Shown piece by piece: positions 58,555 to 64,000 of a stretch of 64,000 bases of DNA. This DNA comes from Luteolibacter sp. GTDB lineage: Bacteria > Verrucomicrobiota > Verrucomicrobiia > Verrucomicrobiales > Akkermansiaceae. The notes below the pieces were generated by a model. The model saw only the letters and a list, made by a program, of their open reading frames with translations. It was not told the DNA's origin and made no database searches. The DNA lies in NCBI GenBank assembly GCA_051251795.1, contig JBPOGC010000001.1, forward strand, positions 9,207 to 73,206, in the 5' to 3' direction. Within the stretch, counting starts at the first letter, position 1, and each line of letters starts with the position of its first letter. Position numbers and translations under genes: made by a program.

Positions 58555-59412
58555 ATGGGTACGTCAGCTTCAAGTAAAGGTCCGAAATCTGGAGTATCGT
58601 TTGATCCTCCGTGGCTTGATGACGACGGAGGATTAGGACCAGTTAAGTCGGTAGGCGGAGAACCAGACGGTTCTCAAACTCCGGAAAAAGGGAAAACTGA
58701 AGACAATCTAAGTCCCCCCTCGGGTTCTTCAATCGCGCCTCCTTCACGCTTTTCAAATGCACGAAGAAATCTCGGGAAGTTTGCTCGGGATAGAAACGGA
58801 AAGTCCGGGTTTAAAAAGGCTGCCGGTCACTATTCTAAGACAGGAATGGGAGGATCGGGTCGGCTCGCGAGCCGGATGAAGTATTCGACAGCTACCGGTG
58901 CCAGACTGGCAGGCTTTCTAAGCTCTGCGAGTTCAGGAACTGATACAACAGTCACCACTTGGGTCAAAGACATTGTTGACCGAGGGATTAGCGGCCAGGA
59001 ACTTATAGATGCAATCACCCGTCACGTAGCTCCAAATGGAGGTAGCAAGGAGGAGGCGTCCAGCTCTGATTCGATGAATCGAGCCCTCGCAGAATTTTAC
59101 GAAAAGAATCCGGATTCTGATCTTCTAAGTCTTGACGAAAATGAGGTTAGAGAAGTCACGGAAAATTTCATGGCGAACGAGGCGTGTAGTCGACTTACGA
59201 ATGATATTGGACAGGTTCTTGAAGGGGAAAAAATATCCCTGAGAGAATCCCTATCGATTCTGAGCGAAATGCGGGAATACTTGAGAGCGGATTTATCCGT
59301 CCAAATTAAAGAGCTTTGGATCAAAGCTGCCAATCCAACTCATTCGCAACTAGATCGGCTTTTACAAAGTTCGATTCAAAGAACATTTGAAATCTACGAA
59401 GGAGAAATATGA
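58555..59412 (+). CDS. qatB: Qat system associated protein
   Basis: MGTSASSKGP...PPWL N-terminus and position between qatA and qatC. Confidence 0.88.
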   Translation: MGTSASSKGPKSGVSFDPPWLDDDGGLGPVKSVGGEPDGSQTPEKGKTEDNLSPPSGSSIAPPSRFSNARRNLGKFARDRNGKSGFKKAAGHYSKTGMGGSGRLASRMKYSTATGARLAGFLSSASSGTDTTVTTWVKDIVDRGISGQELIDAITRHVAPNGGSKEEASSSDSMNRALAEFYEKNPDSDLLSLDENEVREVTENFMANEACSRLTNDIGQVLEGEKISLRESLSILSEMREYLRADLSVQIKELWIKAANPTHSQLDRLLQSSIQRTFEIYEGEI

Positions 59413-60731
59413 TCAGATATGTTTGCTGTCCGGTTGGGTCTATCCCCGAGGTTTGTCCGCCGGGTGTAGAGTATATTTCTTTATACAAAACTGGAGCACT
59501 GGCTCGGTTCGAGGTGGGTGACGTCGCTCTATCCCTATTGTCGGACATTCGTAACTCCGGGATTAGGGGATCAGTGGAAGCTTGGGACTTCTGTTCAATC
59601 GCCATGGCTGTGGCTGCGATTGATGAATCAGTTTCGAGGATTGATACTGCTGACGGGTGGACGCGTGTATTGAGGTGTGAAATCCATCTGGTGGAACCAC
59701 TGATTTGGCAAAATCAGGTTCGACAGTTGGAAGAGACCCTCAGGTTCTTAACAGGTGATTTTTGGAAGATCTCGCTCGTGAACGGCGGGGAACCTTTACC
59801 TGTCCCGAGAAAGACTGTTAAACGACACGGCAGTTGCGTGTCCCTCTTGTCTGGAGGTGTCGATAGCTTGGTTGGAGCGATCGATTTATGTCGTTCCGGT
59901 GAAACCCCAATTCTCGTCTCAAAAATTGTTCGTGGGGATTCAGACTTTCAATCGGAGATAGCAGATGCCTTAGTCATTAAAGAAAATCATATCCAGTGGG
60001 GTTTCAACAGCCGTCCCACATCGAAAAAAGAAGGTTCGACTAGAGCGCGTTCAATTATTTTCCTCGCTTATGCGGCATTCGTGGCTTCGTCGCTAAGAAC
60101 AGGAACTAAGGGTAAAGCTCGGGTACCATTGTATGTTCCTGAGAATGGATTCATCAGCCTGAATCTGCCACTGACACCGCTACGACGAGGAAGCTTGAGT
60201 ACTAAAACGACTCACCCTTGCTATTTGAAAGGTCTTCAGGAAATGTGGGATGCAGTAGGAATACCTGTTACTATCGAATCTCCATTCGATTACAGATTCA
60301 AAACGAAAGGAGAAATGCTTGCCGACTGCATTGATCAACAGACCTTGATTAACCTTATCGGAAAATCGACCAGTTGTGGCCGATACGGGGTATACAATCA
60401 GACCCATTGTGGCAGATGCGTGCCTTGTCTTGTTCGACGTTCAGCATTCTTGAGAGCCGGGCTCAAAGATTCGACAGAAACCTCAATTTACAAAGGCAAC
60501 GAATGTTCATACGTCTTTCAAAACATCCTGACTGCCTCAAAGGAAGAATCTGCCAAAGATATTCGTGCTGCCGGCATCGCCTGCCTCCGGGTCGAAACGA
60601 AAGGAATTGAAAATTTCATCGGTGGAGAGCTTTCATTTGCACCGGATTCAGATCGAAAGCGGTATTCAGGAGTGGTTGGACGGGGCTTAGCTGAAATCGG
60701 AATATTTTTGAGGCAACACGGAGTCTTATGA
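59409..60731 (+). CDS. qatC: Qat system QueC-like protein
   Basis: LLSGGVDS, PENGFISLN, KTTHP and SC...HCGRCVPC. Confidence 0.92.
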   Translation: MIRYVCCPVGSIPEVCPPGVEYISLYKTGALARFEVGDVALSLLSDIRNSGIRGSVEAWDFCSIAMAVAAIDESVSRIDTADGWTRVLRCEIHLVEPLIWQNQVRQLEETLRFLTGDFWKISLVNGGEPLPVPRKTVKRHGSCVSLLSGGVDSLVGAIDLCRSGETPILVSKIVRGDSDFQSEIADALVIKENHIQWGFNSRPTSKKEGSTRARSIIFLAYAAFVASSLRTGTKGKARVPLYVPENGFISLNLPLTPLRRGSLSTKTTHPCYLKGLQEMWDAVGIPVTIESPFDYRFKTKGEMLADCIDQQTLINLIGKSTSCGRYGVYNQTHCGRCVPCLVRRSAFLRAGLKDSTETSIYKGNECSYVFQNILTASKEESAKDIRAAGIACLRVETKGIENFIGGELSFAPDSDRKRYSGVVGRGLAEIGIFLRQHGVL

Positions 60732-61468
60732 TCGATTTCCATTCCCATCTCGACCTCTATACTGATGCCATATCGGTAGCGCGTGAGACCTCGCAAAGAA
60801 ATCGCTTTACGTTGGCCGTCACTACAAGTCCAAAAGCTTGGGTTGCGACCTCTCGGATCTTGGGAGCGTATCCCAACATCAAAATCGGACTCGGTTTGCA
60901 CCCAGAAATCGTCGAAGAAAAGGCAGCAGAGCGGGATCTTTTGATCGATTACATTCGCAATGCCGAGTTTGTCGGTGAGACTGGACTGGACGGGTCAAAA
61001 CGATTCAGGAGCAGTTTCGAACTCCAACGTTCAATCTTTACTTCCCTCTTGAGAGAATGCACTGCCCAAGGAGGGAGAATTATAAGTATCCATAGCCGTA
61101 GTGCTGCAACTCAAGTAATTGACCTCTTGAACACCTATCCAGACGTCGGTATCCCAGTCCTCCACTGGTTTTCTGGATCTGAATCTGAGTTAAAAAGAGC
61201 GATAGATCGGGGGTGTTGGTTTAGTGTCGGTCCGGCTATGAGCTGTAGCGCCTCGGGAAGGAAGATTCTGAGACTACTTCCCTTAGATCGCATTCTTCCT
61301 GAAAGTGACGGTCCTTTTGCCGTGGTCGGGAAAAGACCCATCATGCCATGGGCCGCAATCTCAGTGTCTGCCGAAATAGCGAGGTGTAGAAATTTAGAGG
61401 TAGGCGAAGTAGAAGATCAGTTTCTGGAGAACGCAAATAAGATCCTGAAGCAAAGCAAAAGCTTATAA
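60728..61468 (+). CDS. qatD: Qat system TatD-family nuclease
   Basis: DFHSHLD, GLHP, VGETGLDG, SIHSR, LHWF and LPESD. Confidence 0.92.
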   Translation: MIDFHSHLDLYTDAISVARETSQRNRFTLAVTTSPKAWVATSRILGAYPNIKIGLGLHPEIVEEKAAERDLLIDYIRNAEFVGETGLDGSKRFRSSFELQRSIFTSLLRECTAQGGRIISIHSRSAATQVIDLLNTYPDVGIPVLHWFSGSESELKRAIDRGCWFSVGPAMSCSASGRKILRLLPLDRILPESDGPFAVVGKRPIMPWAAISVSAEIARCRNLEVGEVEDQFLENANKILKQSKSL

Positions 61469-61859
61469 GTGAAACCCTTAGAGGGTTGCCGTGCATCGCA
61501 ACTCATCGTCTGATGATCCTTTAGATGTAGGCGCAGCTCGCAGGTTTGGTGTTAGGTTGGCGTTGGCCTGCGTAATTCTTCTTCAGCTGGCTCCCCTTCC
61601 CCTTCCCCTTCAGCCCTTAAATATGACTAAGGAAGCTTATATCGTCCCTACCCACTTCAGCAGTGAGCATTCAGTCTATAGTAGCAACTAGGCAAATACA
61701 TACGGCTGCTATTTTTGGAGCTGATGATACCCCAGCCCTAAAACTCGCACTAAGACTAAAAACCCTCCGCGATTTTTTTGGGAAAAAACCTTGGAAGTGG
61801 GCACAGAACCATCTCCATCTCCATCTCTAAAGCGTAGGCAGAGTGTTGGAGGTAGGACT

Positions 61860-62831
61860 CTAAAGGCCTAACGAATCGGAGTTCCCAATCGACTTCGATT
61901 TTGGACTTTTAGACGGCACTACTGTCTCGGGATGGCAGCGGGAATCGTCTCCCAGTTCGTCCATCAACGTCATCAGAAGCGTCTCTTCAAAAAATCGAGT
62001 TCCAAGATTCAATCGTACCGCCTCATCGATTCCCTCCCTAGATGCAACTTCAAATCGCTCTCTGCAAAATTCCGGCATCCTTCCGAGAAAGGAATCCAGT
62101 ATCCCGAGGTAATCCCTCCGAGCCAGTGGAGGCAGTGAGATAATATTTGAGCCGAAGCGATTGCTCAGTTCTGTTGGAAGCGTTTTGGATAGGTCTCTCG
62201 TGTCGGGGCGATTCTCCGTAAACTGTGGCTGCAGAAAACCTATCCCGCTTTTGCTATCATTTTCCCAGAACCCCTGAAATGCACCAACTCCGACGATCAT
62301 CGTTTTCTCTCTTAAAGTTTTCTCCGCGAGAAAAATTCGGTTCGAGGAGATCATCTCATCATCAGAATCCTTCAAATTCCGGGGAATCCTCCAATCAAGA
62401 AGGTCGAAGAGTTCCGACCGTAGGTAGGTCGTCCAGCTGGTGTTGCCTCCGACCTTATCGATCTCGTCCACGATGATAATCGCCCCTCGTTTAGCTGAGC
62501 AGCTTTCAAGAAAATCAAAAACTGTTGGCCACGTGCACACAGCGCCTCGTAGCGAGGATCCCAATAATTGCCATGTCGATATATTCACATAGAATGTCGG
62601 AATTCCTATTTCTTTTCCAACAGCTCGCGCCAAATGGGTCTTTCCTACCCCGCTAGGCCCCACTATACAGACATTTGGTCGGATGTTTAGTGGGAACTGA
62701 GTTCTATCTACTGTAAACGCCACGCTGGCCATTCTTGAGAGTTTTTCGAATGCGCGGTTCTGATGGGGAAGGATGTTGTCATGACTGTTTCCTATTTTCA
62801 TTTCTGAACTTTTTTTGGATTTCGGATTCAT
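61860..62831 (-). CDS. AAA+ ATPase (ClpX/HslU-like NTPase module)
   Basis: GPSGVGKT, IIVDEIDKV and ELSNRF. Confidence 0.8.
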   Translation of the reverse strand: MNPKSKKSSEMKIGNSHDNILPHQNRAFEKLSRMASVAFTVDRTQFPLNIRPNVCIVGPSGVGKTHLARAVGKEIGIPTFYVNISTWQLLGSSLRGAVCTWPTVFDFLESCSAKRGAIIIVDEIDKVGGNTSWTTYLRSELFDLLDWRIPRNLKDSDDEMISSNRIFLAEKTLREKTMIVGVGAFQGFWENDSKSGIGFLQPQFTENRPDTRDLSKTLPTELSNRFGSNIISLPPLARRDYLGILDSFLGRMPEFCRERFEVASREGIDEAVRLNLGTRFFEETLLMTLMDELGDDSRCHPETVVPSKSPKSKSIGNSDSLGL

Positions 62832-62833
62832 AT

Positions 62834-63490
62834 TCAAAGAAGCTCGTGCATTGGGACATCAATGCTTTCGATGATGTTGGGTATCGCGCGTCGGACGCGT
62901 CCCAGATGCTGATAAATTGCACTGCGTGAAACTTTGAGACGCGTCGCCAATGTTCTTGCGGGGATCCCATCGATTAACAATCCAACACCCACTACCGCAT
63001 TCACGGCACTGATTTGCTTGTTTCGGAGAGCGATTCTAATCGCTTTTTGGACAACCGTTCGCCTAGCCGATGTGGGCCACGCAGAGACATTGACCTGAGA
63101 GGGGTGGATATTGACACCCGAGAGTTCTAGAGAAAATCTATCCAACATCTCAGCTTTGCCTTTCAGTGCCTTGATGTATTCGCGCTTTTGAATCTTTAAA
63201 GCCGCTGCTATTGCCCGCGGAGGGCACCATGAATACTTTGCGTATTTATCAGGGGACATCTTCTCACGGACATACCATCCCAACGAAAGTAGGATGGCAT
63301 CTTGGCGAATGTCGTCTTCGTAGCCTTTCAGAATACCTCGGAGAACCTTGTCCCTAAGACGTGTTCTCGCTAAGGAATTCAGCTCAGCTGCCGTTTGATT
63401 TAATTCTGCTTGTCCTTCAGTGTTTCCGACCTCTTCAGTCTGATATTTCGAATTTCGTAGTTTTGATTTCTTTGTATAGTGCTTTTTCAT
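62834..63490 (-). CDS. Sigma-like / HTH DNA-binding protein
   Basis: DDIRQDAILL and C-terminal IPARTLATRLKVSRSAIYQHLGRVRRAI. Confidence 0.6.
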   Translation of the reverse strand: MKKHYTKKSKLRNSKYQTEEVGNTEGQAELNQTAAELNSLARTRLRDKVLRGILKGYEDDIRQDAILLSLGWYVREKMSPDKYAKYSWCPPRAIAAALKIQKREYIKALKGKAEMLDRFSLELSGVNIHPSQVNVSAWPTSARRTVVQKAIRIALRNKQISAVNAVVGVGLLIDGIPARTLATRLKVSRSAIYQHLGRVRRAIPNIIESIDVPMHELL

Positions 63491-63588
63491 GCACCAGAGA
63501 CTTCGATTCCCTGATGGAATGAGGTGAAAACCTCATCTTTGATGGATTCGAAACCAAGAGTGATATATCTTCATCACCCCCAAAGCGA

Positions 63589-64000
63589 TTAGAACCCGAT
63601 TATCTCAAGGTGCTTTGGGCTCGCCGATCTGGGACGACCTACATAGACGGCTAAATTAGGTCGAATCCAAGTCGCCAGATTGGAATGCGTATGCCCGGAT
63701 AAGACAGTTATCTGACGCTTAGGAAAAGCCCGTGTTATGCCTAGAATGGCCATACCGGCAGATAAATTGGTGAAATGAGGCAAATGGGTGGGGCCACATG
63801 GTTTGCCGGCGTACTTTACGGCGCTGGGAAAAGGAGGTGTATGGGTGGCAATCACAACATGCCTGAATCGGGCGAGTGCTAGGGGTAGCGTTTTCCGAAA
63901 CACCATCGCTGACTCTTTACCGAGCGTAACCATCTTGTTCATAGATTGTTTCTTAGTCAGTCCCCGGAATTCGTTGATGGCTTTCCAGTCGGGACTGTCG
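63589..64000 (-). CDS. Calcineurin-like metallophosphoesterase, C-terminal part (5' end outside the window)
   Basis: Frame is open to the right edge; VIATHTPPF and VLSGHTH motifs. Confidence 0.8.
   Translation of the reverse strand, partial: DSPDWKAINEFRGLTKKQSMNKMVTLGKESAMVFRKTLPLALARFRHVVIATHTPPFPSAVKYAGKPCGPTHLPHFTNLSAGMAILGITRAFPKRQITVLSGHTHSNLATWIRPNLAVYVGRPRSASPKHLEIIGF

Larger units (their letters stand above)
36600..64000. mobile_element. Probable backbone and defence region of an integrated mobile element
   Basis: Helicase, HUH Rep-like gene, two defence systems, gene relics and a visibly more AT-rich sequence than the metal cargo. No integrase or ends are visible. Confidence 0.5.

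Noticed and set aside
61592-61827. Short tandem repeats (TCCCCT)x3 and (ATCTCC)-type
   Set aside because: Too short and isolated to indicate phase variation or an array.

Overview
A 64 kb accessory (genomic-island-like) window. The gene families and the AC-rich, Shine-Dalgarno-poor start contexts suggest a Verrucomicrobia-type host, which is an inference. It has three zones. (1) 1-3.1 kb: a minus-strand operon of a TIGR02391/HEPN protein, a second HEPN-motif protein and a PLD-family nuclease that runs off the window and is missing from the ORF track. I cannot match this trio to a named system, and it is the best candidate for an undescribed defence module. (2) 3.5-36.4 kb: a GC-rich heavy-metal resistance cargo with three complete tripartite RND systems, Cu(I) and Zn/Cd P1B-ATPases, a multicopper oxidase with a fused beta-barrel, two CDF transporters (one frameshifted) and several small Cys/His-rich proteins, but no recognisable regulator. 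(3) 36.6-64 kb: a more AT-rich backbone and defence zone with an AVAST type I system carrying two avs1c-like genes, a complete qatABCD, a RepA/AAA_25 helicase, an HUH rolling-circle Rep-like protein, a radical SAM enzyme, an ART-fold candidate, an ankyrin protein, two divergent sigma-like proteins, an AAA+ ATPase, a metallophosphoesterase and gene relics (LuxR HTH, ATP synthase alpha N-terminus, MauE copy). I saw no integrase, tRNA, rRNA or CRISPR array. All family assignments come from motif recognition by eye; no database search was run.
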